Shown: one piece after another, positions 27,341 to 40,100 of the stretch | Layout of the letters: every line of letters starts with the position of its first letter | Numbering within the stretch: the first letter of the stretch is position 1 | Assembly (NCBI RefSeq): GCF_009834535.1 | Contig: NC_045697.1 | Location: 89,902,001 to 89,966,000, forward strand | Source: Camelus ferus | Lineage: Eukaryota | Reading direction: 5' to 3' | DNA: 64,000 nucleotides | Position numbers and translations under genes: made by a program | Notes under the pieces: generated by a model | The model's database searches: none | What the model was told of the DNA's origin: nothing | Seen by the model: only the letters and a program-made list of their open reading frames with translations

Positions 27341-27949
27341 CTATTCATATTAGTCTACTATGAAGCATTTTGGGGAACAGGTTGTAAAAACAGGAAGATA
27401 AATATTCATCTACTTATGAAACAGACCAAAACCAAGTATTTAAGAGGAGCTAAGCTGTAGTATTAGACATAATGTATATAATGAGACTATAACCACCTAT
27501 GTTAGTCAAAGTGCATATAAAATATTGGACATCCTTAATTATTATATTAGATGCAGGGTAGAAAATAGCTGTTTTTATATCTGTGTAATATTTTCATGTC
27601 CAGGAGATACAAAAGAACTATAATAAGAAAAATTATAAGAATCATAAAGTATATTATTTAAAATCTTTATTTTATTGGTATTTCATTTCACACCTGAGCT
27701 TTATGCTGACAGAGCCCTCGGAAATTTTTAATTCATGAAAATAATTTCTTTCACATTTTAAACAGATTGTCTAGATGTGATACATAAAAGTAATCTATAA
27801 AAATAGGTGATCAGAAAAAGTTGAGAAAAAGGGAAGAACTGACAAAGCAGGGTCAGAGGAGACACACAAGAATGCTAGTTTACTAAATTCTTCCCAGTTA
27901 TGTTTATCTGTTTGAGTATTTTGAATTGATAATAATAGAAAACTTGAAG

Positions 27950-28430
27950 CAACTTAATCACATTAGGGGATTTACTATAGCATATCACTGAAGTGTCCTG
28001 AGGTAGGTTTCTGGTGGGACAAGATAAAGGCCCTAGGTCTACATATCTGATGTTTCTCACCTCTACCTTCTTCTATGAGCTATGTCCTCAGGCTGGCTCC
28101 TCTCAGGGTCACAATACGGATGCCACCAGTGACTGGGGTCATAGTTTCTCACATCTAGGAGATGTAGAAAAGGGATACCATCCAGTAACAACCTAAAAAA
28201 GTTCTGAGTATTACATTGATTATGCTACCACTGTGCTAATTCCTGCGGCCAAGGGAATGCCACGTGCTGGTTGGTGGAAGTCTGTGTTACTGGAACTAAC
28301 TTCTTAGGGTCAGATAACTCAAGACTCATTGCTAGAGTTTCAGATGGGATTAACTGCTACCAAATTACATGGCTGCTACACGTAACAGGAATAGCAAAAA
28401 GCTTGTTGGAGAGACAACCAGAATGTCCAC
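27950..28430. mobile_element. Old MLT1 (J/K/L-like) LTR remnant
   Basis: CCTCAGGCTGGCTCCTCTCAGGGTCACAA and GGCCAAGGGAATGCCACGTGCTGGTTGG. Confidence 0.5.
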
Positions 28431-28957
28431 TACATGTATATGCCACAGCTAAAATTCTTTATGAAAACCAAAATTTCATGACACAACTAAGAGATCGCTT
28501 ATCACATAGTACATACAGTTCAAGTTTTATTGAGTGTGCCAGATTCATAGTTGATTATTGTCATTAAAATTAGGCACATATAAAGGAAGTCCCTCTTACT
28601 GTGAGGGCAGAGTTGATTCAGTATAAATAGGTAATATGAAAAGGATTGTTTGCATCATTAAAGAGTAAAGTTCTCAGTGCTAATGTCTCAAGGTGTTTCT
28701 GAACAGAGCTTACACAAAAGAAAACAGGGCCTGTCCAGGAATACAAAATATGTGGCTACTGACTCATCCAATAAAATTAGAGAAACTATTTTTATGGGCC
28801 CAGAAATGTCAAATCTCAGAACTTCTTAAAAAACGGTATAAGGAGACCTGTGTTTGGTTAAATAATAAGTCAAAGATAATAAAGGAAACAGCCCATAGTA
28901 CTCCCTCAGCTAGCATATTCAGTCACTGATATGTAAACTCATATTGTTAAAAAAGAC

Positions 28958-30510
28958 TGTCAGCAATGACGGGAAGGAGAGAGGCTGATTAGGTGAAGCA
29001 CAGATAACTTTTAAGTGGGTGAAACTATCCTGTATGATGCTGTAATGGTGGATACATGACGCCAGCAGCACCGAGTAAAACTTCATAAATGCAGCTTTTT
29101 AGAAAATCATTTAAGAGGTCAGGAGATCCCTGGCTGGAATGCAGAAAGTGACAAAAGAATCTATCTTTATCACAAATGGATTAATCAACCTTCCAGAACA
29201 GGGTGGGGAGGAAAGTTGCTGACCTAAGGAACTAGAAATATGTGGAGTCTACAGACTAAAAGCAGACAGAACCTCACATAGCACTATAAAGTTGTTTCCC
29301 AGGGAAGTATGGGTTAATAAATTCAGAAACCACTCTATATGTATACTGGAGCTGAATAATTACAGAAGTGGACAGTGGATGGTGGGAGCCAGGTTTCTCC
29401 CTGTTAGAGTGGAAGGTTACACAGAATCAAGAGGAGGAGATCCATGTGGTAATGCATTAGAGGTGGAGACATCAGTATGAACTGATGTTTAGCTTAATAT
29501 AAACATAGAGGGTTATATTATTTGGGTATGTATATGGATTAGTATACGCCCATATATTTACCTATTTAAAAACGGCCTACAAGCAATCATGCCTCAGTAG
29601 CAACAAGCACATCTAGTGTTTCAGTCTTGTTTTTTAGTACAATTTTCTAATAAAAAGAACCAAGGATCCTCTGAGAAATGACTGATTCCAGAAATAGGAA
29701 AGAAAATATATAAAATGAACGGGGAGCATTGTCCAGTGCCAAAAAATAAGGAAGCATTCAAACAAAAACACAGTAATGGGGTATGTTAAAAGAACCCAAG
29801 AGCCAACTGAAAGAGATCTCAATGGCCAAATCTGGAACAGTTTGAGCAGCAAAATAAATAAAGTAGTATTGGATTATAACACAAGTATGAAATGAATATC
29901 CATGATTCTATACTGATACAAATAAATGATTGAATAAATAAACACATGGGAGAGAACAGGCAAGTATCCCATGCAGAAGAATTCCAAGTAATTTATGTAG
30001 ACACTTGACCCTCAGGGAGGTAGAACATAACTCCTCACTCCTGAAGTGTGGCCTTCACAAAGTGTCTCCATTCCAAAGAGTATAGTCAAAGGGAAAAGAG
30101 TAACACTGCAGTGGAGAAACCTTACAACACTACCTCTGCCAGGTTATCAAGGTTAACATCGACAGTGAAGTCATGTTGATAGTATGGACCTGATGTGGTG
30201 TGATGCGAACACTTTATCTCTGTGGAAGATGTCACAGCCAAGAGTAGCTGAAGGCAACATGATGATTAAATGTCACATGGTATCAGGGATGGAATCCTGG
30301 AACAGAAGAAGTACCTGAGGCAAAATTAAAGAAATCTGAACAAAGTAATAATTTTAATTTTTAATAATGTATCAATATTGGTTTGTTAATTATGAAAAAT
30401 GTACCACACTAATGTAAAGTTCATAATAAGGGAAAATGGGTATAGTAATATTTTCACAGTTTCTATAAATCTAGAACTATTCAAAAATTTAATGTTTATT
30501 AATTTTTAAA
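28958..30510 (+). mobile_element. L1MC3-like long 3'UTR
   Basis: GAAACTATCCTGTATGATGCTGTAATGGTGGATACATGAC, AAAGAGATCTCAATGGCCAAA and ATGTATCAATATTGGTTTGTTAATT. Confidence 0.85.
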
Positions 30511-30841
30511 AAGTGAATGAGGAATAGACAGGAACTTCATTAAGCTTATGAAAGCTAGTAATAAAAAACCTCCATAGAATATAACAGTGAAATGCCAAAT
30601 TCACTGCATTTAACATTAGGAATGAAACCAAACAAAGCCCCATTCCTGCTTCAAGATTGTCGTGCAAGGCCTAGTTAGTATATTACAATCAGATCAATAA
30701 ACAAAATATATATGAATCACAAAGAAAGAAAAAAATCATTCTTATTCTCTTTAAAAAAAGGATTGTTATCAATATAGGCTCAATATTAGAAGGCTTACTT
30801 AATGGTTTAGATCATAAACAGTTGTTAAAAAGGATCATTTT

Positions 30842-32514
30842 GGAGAGACGGAGAAGATGGCAGAGTAGAAGGACGCTCGCAGGTCACCCTCTCCCACAAA
30901 TACACCAAGACCCACATCTACAGACCCACTCAGCCAACCAGATCACCTGTGGAACTCCGACAGAACATCGCCCTCTTCAAAAGATAAAGACGCCAAAAAT
31001 CTGGTAGGAGAAAAGGAAAAAAGAAAGAGCAAAAGGCAAAGCAGCACAGGACGGGTCCCGCGGGGAGGGAGCGGCAAAGGAGGACCGGCGCTCGCAAGCT
31101 GGGTCTCCCCTATCCAACTGAGAGGCCAGCGGGACGGAGGGGGAGCCTCCGAGGCTCAGATCTGTACAGAGCAGCCCTTGACTAACAGAACTAAGTTAAA
31201 CGGACACAGAGCGTCCCCCTGACACCCAGCCTGAGACGCGGGCCGGCAGCCGCGGGCAGGGCCAGGCTGCCCAAGCCTGGCGGAGGACGGGGGCGGCTGC
31301 ACGGAGGCAGCCCCGGGGGAACGCAAGGGGCTGCGTGCCGTGGCTGTGGGTGCACAGGGCAGAACAACCTGGGCCCTCCATAAAACAGCAAGGTTGAGCT
31401 GCTCTGGGGGGAAGGGTGCACACCCCCATCTCTGAAAACCCACAGAAAGTTTTCGGGGGAAGAGAGGCGGGGCTCAGGCACAGCCGCCATATCCTCCGCG
31501 ATTAGCACTCAGGCGGGTGCAGGGGCAAAACCTGCATCCGCACCGAAGGGCTTAGCAGCCTCAAAGGCCAGACTGAGACTGGCCTGCAGCCCGGGGCAGA
31601 TAGGATCCTTCCATCCTGGTCCCTCAGAGAACTTGCTCCACAAAGACAAACAAGGAGCTGGGTTTTGGCTCGGAGCAGGGACAGGGCTGTCCCTCGGTCT
31701 TCCCCGAGCCCACCGCGGAGCGCCGACCAGGGCGGAGCGCGCAGCCTCACAGCGAGTGGTACTACCGGCGGTGCAGGTAGAGCGAGAGCGGCCCCCCGCC
31801 TTTCGGGCAGGAACACAGCCCCTGACCGAGGTGCTGGGAGGGGGCACGACCCGCCCTCCTACCTGGCCAGTCTGCAACATCTGACTGCGGCATCGGGAGG
31901 GGCAGCGACCCGCCCACCCACAGCAGAGAGCTGCACCTGACCCAGTGTTAGGAGGAGGCGCGATCTGCTTGCCTACAGGTGCTGGGAGCAGCACAGAAGA
32001 GGGCACCAACGGAGGGCCTCTGAAAACAGCAAGCTGAGCTTCCAAAACAGGACGAAGACAGAAAGACTTCACATTAAAAGCACACAGACTCCAGGAGAAC
32101 ACTGACAACCCCCCCTTTTTTTTTTAAATCTGTTTTTACCTGTTCTATTTTCTATCACTCTCTTAATCTTTACTTCTTAATTCATTTCTATTTCTCTTGG
32201 GTTTTGATGTCCTGCTATTGATTAGACACAGGTTTCAAATACATCTATTCATCTCCCCCCCCCTTTTTTTTGTAAAGGTTTTAAAAGGACGTCTCAACCC
32301 GATTAATACTCTGCTTCAACTCACTCTTCTATTATTCATTATACACTGTTTTCAAACCCTCTTTCTCCCTTCTTTTAAAATTCTCTCTCTCTCTCTCTTT
32401 TTTTTTTTTTTCTGTTTTTCCTAAGTTTTATTCCTAAATAGGCATCAGATAGATAAAATCCTTAAGGACCAAAATAAACAACTGATACTCCATACACCAC
32501 AGTGCCAACGAGGT
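30842..32514 (+). promoter_or_regulatory. L1 5'UTR internal promoter / CpG-island-like region
   Basis: YY1-type motif AAGATGGC at 30854-30861 right at the 5' end, as in other mammalian L1s. About 31050-32030 is GC-rich with many CpGs, unlike the rest of the window. A pyrimidine-rich tract at about 32110-32430 precedes ORF1. Confidence 0.85.
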
Positions 32515-33417
32515 ATGAGCAAGATGAAGAAGCAGAAAAACCTTTCCCAATTAAAAGAACAAGAGAAATCCCCTGAAAGAAAGATCAACGAAATGGACAT
32601 CGATAGCCTACTAGATCAAGATTTCAAAAAAGGAGTGATCGAATTGCTGAAGGAATTAAAAGAGATAGTGTTTAGAGATATAAAATATGTCAAAAATGAA
32701 ATTGAAGCTATAAAGAAGAGCCAAGTAGAATGGGTAAACTCATTGACAGAGATGAGGAATGATCTAATAGCTGTGCAAAGCCGACTAGATAATGCAGAGG
32801 AACGAATTAGTGATCTAGAAGACAGGGCAATAGAAAGCACCCATTCAGAAGAACTACAAGAGAAGCAAATAAAAAATAATGAAAATAGCATAAGGGACCT
32901 ATGGGATAATATAAAGCGTCCCAATCTTCGCATCATAGGGGTCCCAGAAGGAGAAGAAAGATCAAAGGGGATCGAAAAGGTTTTTGAAGAAATCATGACT
33001 GAAAACTTCCCAAACTTAAAGAGGAATCAGATATCCAAGTACAGGAAGCTCAGAGGGTCCCAAACAGGAAGAACCCAAATAGACCCACACCAAGACATAT
33101 CATAATCAAGATGGCCAGAGTCAAGGATAAAGAAATGATTCTAAAGGCAGCAAGAGAAAAGCAAAGAGTAAGTTACAAGGGAACCCCCATAAGGCTCTCA
33201 GCTGATTTCTCTACACAAACACTACAGGCCAGAAGGGAGTGGCAAGATATATTCAAAGCCCTGAATGAAAAAAAGATGCAGCCTAGGATCCTTTATCCAG
33301 CAAGGCTATCCTTGAGGATAGAAGGAGAAATAAAGAGTTTCACAGACAGAAAAAAGGCTGCAGGAGTTTAGCAACACTAAACCCATGCTAAAAGAAATAT
33401 TGAAAGGGATATTCTAA
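32515..33417 (+). pseudogene. ORF1: L1 ORF1p (coiled coil, RRM, CTD), frameshifted
   Basis: ATG at 32515; motifs LWDNIKRPNLRIIGVPEGEE, ILKAAREK, YKGTPIRLSADFS, ARREW and YPARLS. Reading frame shifts near 33020 and near 33355; terminal QEFSNTKPMLKEILKGIF* ends at 33417. Confidence 0.95.
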
Positions 33418-33836
33418 ATAGAAAAGCAGCAGGATGCTACAGAAATGAGAAACACACAACTGGAAAGGTGATAACTCATGAACTACAAATAAAGTAAACT
33501 TGAAATTACAACTTGAAATTACAAAAGAAGACATACAAATCACTGAGAGTGGGAGAGGGAGGCAGGGAAATATAGAATATATTTTTTTCTTTCTTTTTTA
33601 AATTTTTATAACAGTAGGATGGGTTTGAGATCATGTTACTATCACTTTAATAGTAACAGTTATAGTAATGGGTTGACAGATTTACAAAAAAGGGTAACCA
33701 CAAGCCAAAAATTTACAAAGGAGTCACAAAAATTAAATAAAATCCATGATAATACAAAGGAAAATTACCAAACCACAAAAGGAAGAAGAAAGGAACAAAG
33801 AGGATATACCAATTCAACTGCAAAGATAAGTTCAAA

Positions 33837-36800
33837 ATGGCAATAAACACACATCCATCATTAATTACTGTAAATGTTAATGGACTAAATGCTCCAGTCA
33901 AAAGACACAGAGTGGCAGACTGGATAATAAAGCAAGAACCTTCAATATGCTGCATACAAGAGACCCACTTTAGGGAGAAGGACACATATAGATTGAGAGT
34001 GAAAGGATGGAAAAGGATATTCCATGCAAATGGAAAAGCCAAAAAAGCAGGTGTTGCAGTACTGATTTCAGACAAAATAGACTTTAAAACAAAGGCCATA
34101 AAGAAAGATAAAGAAGGACATTTTATAATGATTAAAGGAGTGATACAAGATGAGGATATTACACTCGTTAATATATATGCACCCAATATAGGAGCACCTA
34201 AGTACATACAAGAATTACTAACAGAGATAAAGGGGGATATTGATGGGAATACAATCATAGTTGGAGATTTTAACACTGCATTAACATCACTAGACAGATC
34301 TTCCAGACAGAAAATAAACAAGGCAACACCCCCCAAAAATAGGATATACATTCTTTTCAAGTGCACATGGAACATTTTCCAGGATCGATCATGCACTTGG
34401 GCACAAAAGAAACCTCAACAATTTTAAGAAGATAGAAATTATCTCAAGCATCTTTACTGACCACAATGCCATGAAACTGGAAATCAACAACAGAGAAACA
34501 AAGGAGAAAAAAAGGAAAGCATGGAGATTAAACAATATGTTATTGAAAAAACAATGGATCAATGAGGAAATCAAAGCTGAAATTAAAAAATACCTTGAGA
34601 CAAATGATAATGAAAGCACAACCACTCAAAACCTATGGGACACAGCAAAGGCAGTGCTAAGAGGGAAGTTTATAGCGATACAGGCCTTCCTCAAAAAAGA
34701 AGAACAATCTCAAATAAACAATTTAACCCACCACCTGAATGAATTAGAAAAAGAAGAACAAAAAGCCCCAAAAAGCAGCAGAAGGAAGGAAATAATAAAG
34801 ATCAGAGAGGAATTAAATACAATAGAGATTAACAAGACCATAGAAAAAATCAACCAAACCAAAAGCTGTTTTTTTTTGAAAAAGTAAATAAAATCGACAA
34901 ACCTCTGGCCAAACTCACAAAGAAGAAAAAAGAGAGAGCACAAATTAGCAAAATAAGAAAGGAAAATGGAGAAATTACAACAAACAAAATAGAAATACAG
35001 AATATCATACGAGAATATTATGAAAAACTATATGGAACCAAACTGGATAACCTAGAGGAGATGGACAAGTTTCTGGAAACATACTGTCCACCAAAACTGA
35101 ATCGAGAAGAATCTGAACGCTTGAACAATCCGATCACTAGAAAGGAAATAGAAATAGCAATTAAAAACCTCCCTACAAATAAAAGTCCAGGACCGGACGG
35201 CTTCACCGGGGAATTCTACCAAACATACAAAGAAGAACTCATACCAGTCCTTCTCAAACTCTTCCAGACGATCGAAAAGGAGGGAATACTCCCAAACTCA
35301 TTCTATGAAGTCACCATCACCCTGATACCAAAACCAGGCAAAGACACTACAAAAAAAGAGAATTATAGGCCAATATCACTGATGAACATAGACGCCAAAA
35401 TCCTCACCAAAATTTTAGCAAATAGAATCCAACAACACATAAAAAAGATTATACATCATGACCAAGTGGGGTTCATCCCAGGGACACAAGGCTGGTTCAA
35501 CATACGCAAATCAATCAGTGTAATACATCACATCAACAAGAGAAAGGACAAAAACCACATGATCATCTCAATCGATGCAGAAAAAGCATTTGATAAAATT
35601 CAACACCCATTTATGATAAAAACTCTCACCAAAGTGGGTATAGAGGGAACATATGTCAACATCATAAAAGCTATATATGACAAACCTACAGCCAGCATAG
35701 TACTCAACGGTGAAAAGCTCAAAAGCTTCCCACTAAAATCTGGGACAAGACAAGGATGCCCACTATCACCACTCCTATTCAACATAGTCCTGGAAGTCCT
35801 AGCCACAGCAGTCAGGCAAGAGAAAGAAATAAAAGGGATTCAAATTGGAAAAGAAGAGGTAAAAGTGTCATTATATGCTGATGACATGTTACTATATATA
35901 GAAAACCCTAAAAGGTCCACACAAAAGCTACTAGAGCTGATTGAAGAATTCAGCAAGGTAGCAGGTTACAAAATTAACGTTCAAAAATCAGTTGCATTTC
36001 CTTACACTAACGATAAATCAACAGAAGAAGAAAGTAAAGAAACAATCCCCTTTAAAATAGCACCCAAAGTAATAAAATATCTGGGAATAAATCTAACCAA
36101 GGAGGTGAAAGAATTATACACAGAAAACTATAAACCATTGATGAAGGAAATTAAAGGAGACTTTAAAAAATGGAAAGATATTCCATGCTCTTGGATTGGA
36201 AGAATCAATATTGTTAAAATGGTCACACTGCCCAAGGCAATCTATAGATTTAATGCAATATCTATCCAATTACCCAGGACATATTTCACAGAACTAGAAC
36301 AAATCATAATAAAATTCATATGGAACCATCAAAGACGTAGAATTGCCAAAGCATTACTGAAGAGAAAGAAAGAGGCTGGAGGAATAACTCTCCCAGACTT
36401 CAGACAATACTATAGAGCTACAGTCATCAAGACAGCATGGTATTGGTACCAAAACAGACATATAGACCAATGGAACAGAATAGAGAGCCCAGAAATGAAC
36501 CCACAAACTTTTGGTCAACTCATCTTCAACAAAGGAGGCAAGAATATACAATGGAATAAAGACAGTCTCTTCAGCAAATGGTGTTGGGAAAACTGGACAG
36601 CAGCATGTAAAACAATGAAGCTAGAACACTCCCTTACACCATATACAAAAATCAACTCAAAATGGATTAAAGACTTAAACATAAGACAAGATACAATAAA
36701 CCTCCTAGAGGAAAACATAGGCAAAACATTATCTGACATACATTTCAAAAATTTTCTCCTAGAAGAAGTAAAAGCAAGAATAAACAAATGGGACCTAATG

Positions 36801-37577
36801 AAACTTACAAGCTTCTGCACAGCAAAGGAAACCAGAAGTAAAACAAGAAGAAAACCTACGGAATGGGAGAAAATTTTTGCAAGTGAAACCGACAAAGGCT
36901 TGATCTCCAGAATATATAAGCAGCTCATACGACTCAATAAGAAAAAAATAAACAACCCAATCCAAAAATGGGCAGAAGACCTAAACAAGCAATTCTCCAA
37001 GGAAGACATACAAATGATCAAAAAGCACATGAAAAAATGCTCAGTATCAGTAATTATCAGAGAAATGCAAATCAAAACTACAATGAGGTATCACCTCACA
37101 CCAGTCAGAATGGCCGTCATTCAAAAATCCACAAATGACAAATGCTGGAGAGGCTGTGGAGAAAGGGGAACCCTCCTACACTGCTGGTGGGAATGCAGTT
37201 TGGTGCAGTCACTATGGAAAACAGTGTGGAGATTCCTCAAAAGACGAGGAATAGACTTACTATATGACCCAGGAATCCCACTCCTGGGCTTGTATCCAGA
37301 AGGAAATCTACTTCAGGATGACACCTGCACCCCAATGTTCACAGCAGCACTATTTACAATAGCCAAAACATGGAAACAGCCTAAATGTCCATCAACAGGT
37401 GACTGGATAAAGAAGAGGTGGTATATTTATACAATGGAATACTACTCAGCCATAAAAACCGACAACATAATGCCATTTGCAGCAACATGGATGCTCCTGG
37501 AGAATGTCATTCTAAGTGAAGTAAGCCAGAAAGAGAAAGAAAAATACCATATGAGATCGCTCATATGTGGAATCTAA
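33837..37577 (+). pseudogene. ORF2: L1 ORF2p (APE endonuclease, reverse transcriptase, CCHC), disrupted in its 5' third
   Basis: EN motifs NVNGLN, CIQETH, NIYAPN and IVGDFN. A frameshifting deletion near 34326 (KINKAT joined directly to PPK) and a T-run frameshift near 34870. Confidence 0.96.
35061..37577 (+). CDS. ORF2: Uninterrupted 838-aa portion of L1 ORF2p (Z region, RT, C-terminal cysteine-rich domain)
   Basis: [26 protein letters not shown], catalytic YADD (35874-35885), KYLGI and [18 protein letters not shown]. The frame is open but is probably not translated on its own. Confidence 0.9.
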   Translation: MDKFLETYCPPKLNREESERLNNPITRKEIEIAIKNLPTNKSPGPDGFTGEFYQTYKEELIPVLLKLFQTIEKEGILPNSFYEVTITLIPKPGKDTTKKENYRPISLMNIDAKILTKILANRIQQHIKKIIHHDQVGFIPGTQGWFNIRKSISVIHHINKRKDKNHMIISIDAEKAFDKIQHPFMIKTLTKVGIEGTYVNIIKAIYDKPTASIVLNGEKLKSFPLKSGTRQGCPLSPLLFNIVLEVLATAVRQEKEIKGIQIGKEEVKVSLYADDMLLYIENPKRSTQKLLELIEEFSKVAGYKINVQKSVAFPYTNDKSTEEESKETIPFKIAPKVIKYLGINLTKEVKELYTENYKPLMKEIKGDFKKWKDIPCSWIGRINIVKMVTLPKAIYRFNAISIQLPRTYFTELEQIIIKFIWNHQRRRIAKALLKRKKEAGGITLPDFRQYYRATVIKTAWYWYQNRHIDQWNRIESPEMNPQTFGQLIFNKGGKNIQWNKDSLFSKWCWENWTAACKTMKLEHSLTPYTKINSKWIKDLNIRQDTINLLEENIGKTLSDIHFKNFLLEEVKARINKWDLMKLTSFCTAKETRSKTRRKPTEWEKIFASETDKGLISRIYKQLIRLNKKKINNPIQKWAEDLNKQFSKEDIQMIKKHMKKCSVSVIIREMQIKTTMRYHLTPVRMAVIQKSTNDKCWRGCGERGTLLHCWWECSLVQSLWKTVWRFLKRRGIDLLYDPGIPLLGLYPEGNLLQDDTCTPMFTAALFTIAKTWKQPKCPSTGDWIKKRWYIYTMEYYSAIKTDNIMPFAATWMLLENVILSEVSQKEKEKYHMRSLICGI

Positions 37578-38594
37578 AAAACAAAAACAAAAACAAACAA
37601 ACAAAAACAAAGCGTAAATAAAGGACAGAAATAGACTCACAGACAGAGAATACAGACTTGTGGTTACCAGGGGGGTGGAGGGTGGGAAGGGATAGACTGG
37701 GATTTCAAAACTGTAGAATAGACTACACTGTATAGCACAGGGAAATATACACAAAATTTTATGATAACTCACAGAGAAAAAAATGTGACAATGAGTGTGT
37801 GTATGTCCATGAATAACTGAAAAATTGTGCTGAACACTGGAATTTGACACAACATTGTAAAATGATTATAAATCAATAAAAAATGTTAAAAAAAAATAAG
37901 GATCATTTTGATTTAGAGTAACATAAGCTAGCACATAATCAGCTGAATTACCTATGTTTCAACTGCAGGGGAAAGAACGAAATTTTCTTATTTAATTGCT
38001 CAAAATGAATCAAAGAAGTTAATACTTTCACTCTCTTTAAATAACTGAACCCTATAATAATGAATACTATTAGGGAAAAACTGGAAAAAATCCTCAACTA
38101 TACTGCGACTTTAATTTTCATTGTTATATAAGTGGTTTTCAATAGAACACCCAACTTCAATTTTGCCTATTTAACACAAAGAAACATTGCAGTAGTTGCT
38201 ATGTATTGAAATGAACACATATTTAAATTAAATTATTAGATTATACTAACACTTGATTTATTAACATTGTTGAAATACATTCAACAAAAGTAAATTTTCC
38301 AAAAGAGAAATTTATTTCTTTGATCACTGACTATTTTTATTCTAATCATTTTTGAATTTTTTCTAAAAGGTAAAAAGTCTCCACATTTTATTAAAGAAAA
38401 TATTCAGCATGATTTAATTATTTCCTGTCTATTCAAGATATCTGTTCAGAACATCACCTGTTATATACTGTTTTGTACACCTACCTACAGATGTGTATTT
38501 TTACCAATTGTTCTAAATAACTCCTAATATTTTTATATTAGTTAATTAGTTTCTGTATGTTTTCTTCATACCTAACTGTTATTTCACTCAAAAA

Positions 38595-38710
38595 AATTCA
38601 ACAAACATTTGTGCTGTGTCCACAATTTGCCAGTATTATTCTAGTACTACTGGGGATAAAGCAATGAACAAAGACAAAATTCCTGTCTTCCTGAAGCTTA
38701 GATTCAGTCA
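38595..38710 (-). mobile_element. L2 3' end
   Basis: ATTCAACAAACATTTGTG ... CTGGGGATAAAGCAATGAACAAAGACAAAATTCCTG. Confidence 0.75.
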
Positions 38711-38805
38711 TTTCATAGCCTTGTCAAGGTGCTATTTCTACTGGTTTGCATCCTCTCCAACTGCAGAATCTGCAATCCATTGAAAATTCATAAGATTTTT
38801 TTAAT

Positions 38806-39266
38806 TGTTACGGAAACGACAGGCCAGTCAAGAAACAAGCACCACTAGGAGGGTTGGAGTACTCAGATGTATTACGCCTGCGGGCTCAGAGGGGCTTCTG
38901 CTCCGAAGCTCTGAGCACCTCCAAGACGTGCGCATGAGGTTCTATAGGGTAAAGTACAAGCTTCGGTATTCGGCCAATAGGCATGGAACAGCTTTAGCAG
39001 CATTATCATCACAAAAGTGGAGGCGGGGAGGGAGCAAACCAACATTCCAAAGCCAGATATGTATCTTTGAAAACCCAGCTGGCTAGCAAAAAACATGAAC
39101 AGCAAACCAACACTAATTAACCTAGATTTACAAGTTAGTCTAGCAGAACTCAGATCAGTATTCCAATACTTAGATTTGTGAGTTATCTTGTTAGCCCAGC
39201 CCAGCCTCTCCTTCACATTCCTAGACTTGTGAGTTATCTTTAGATCAGCCCGGTCTTTCCTTCACA
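38806..39266 (-). mobile_element. Solo ERV LTR (probably ERV1/class I)
   Basis: TG...CA termini and a perfect 4-bp TSD TAAT (38802-38805, 39267-39270); 461 bp with retained CpGs. On the minus strand a TATAGAA box is followed by an AATACA polyA-signal variant. Confidence 0.88.
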
Positions 39267-39599
39267 TAATCTTGATAAGAAAATCAGATATTGACCTCCA
39301 CAGATCAGTAATCTTAATCTGATGCATAAGAAATTATAAATCAATGGTACTTGAATAATGAATAACATTTCTTTGAAGCCAAATATTTTATTTACTATTT
39401 TTGGGCAGTGCCACTGTGTTTAAAAAGAAAAAGAAATTAGAACTCTCTAAGAAGGTTGGTATTAAACTTCAGACTGCAAAACAAACAGGAGAACATAAAG
39501 CAACTCAATTTCCCCTTTGGGTAAAATGCTTTACTAAAATTTATACCTACAAGCCTTCCCATATTCTGTTCACTCATCTGTGAGATTCTCCCTGAAACT

Positions 39600-40100
39600 T
39601 CACCCAGAAATTTTCTACTGTTCCTTTAAGATCCAGCACAAATATTACTTCTCCTAGGATACTTTCTCTAGCTTCATCAGGCAAACGCAACAGCTCTGAT
39701 TCTGACCTCCAGTGGACATTTGTGTGTATATTTATTGTAATATGCATCACACAGTTTTGTTTATTTGCCTATTTAGCTACCCCTATGCACTAGGAGCTCC
39801 AAAAGAATGGGATGGTATGGTATTCTGCTTCTATTCTCTGAGCATTTAAAAGTCAAGACATAGAATGGGTTTCCAAAATCTCTGTTAAGAGTAGTCTAGT
39901 GGTGAGGAATATGAGCTGTTAAGATCAGGCACCACTCTGTTCAAGGTAGCTGTGGAGCCTCGAGTAAGACTTTATCGTCTCCCTGTCTCAGTGTTAGGGC
40001 CTACAAAGCTTACATAACAATAGTTTCTACCTTACGGAGTTACTGTATAATAAAAGAAATAATTAATCTAAAATATCTAACAATGCTCTGAAGAGCTTCA
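39600..40100 (+). mobile_element. L2 3' remnant (about 39600-39870) followed by MIR (about 39890-40100)
   Basis: CCTTTAAGATCCAGCACAAATATTACTTCTCC and AGTCTAGTGGTGAGGAATATGAGCT ... TCTACCTTACGGAGTTACTG. Confidence 0.65.

Larger units (their letters stand above)
30842..37897 (+). mobile_element. Full-length young LINE-1 (camelid-type), retrotransposition-disabled
   Basis: GC/CpG-rich 5'UTR starting GGAGAGACGGAGAAGATGGC, ORF1 and ORF2 homology, 3'UTR, AATAAA at 37875-37880 and an A-rich tail. TSD AAGGATCATTTT(G) at 30830-30841 and 37898-37909. The left flank GTT/AAAAA matches the L1 endonuclease TT/AAAA consensus. Confidence 0.98.

Noticed and set aside
33498..33523. 13-bp direct duplication ACTTGAAATTACA in the L1 inter-ORF region, and similar micro-duplications at about 6895, 10885, 12337 and 50491
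   Set aside because: Ordinary slippage duplications with no sign of function.
32616..37850. Long minus-strand ORFs (e.g. 33713-34396, 36515-37075)
   Set aside because: Antisense shadows of L1 ORF1/ORF2, a known by-product of L1 composition.
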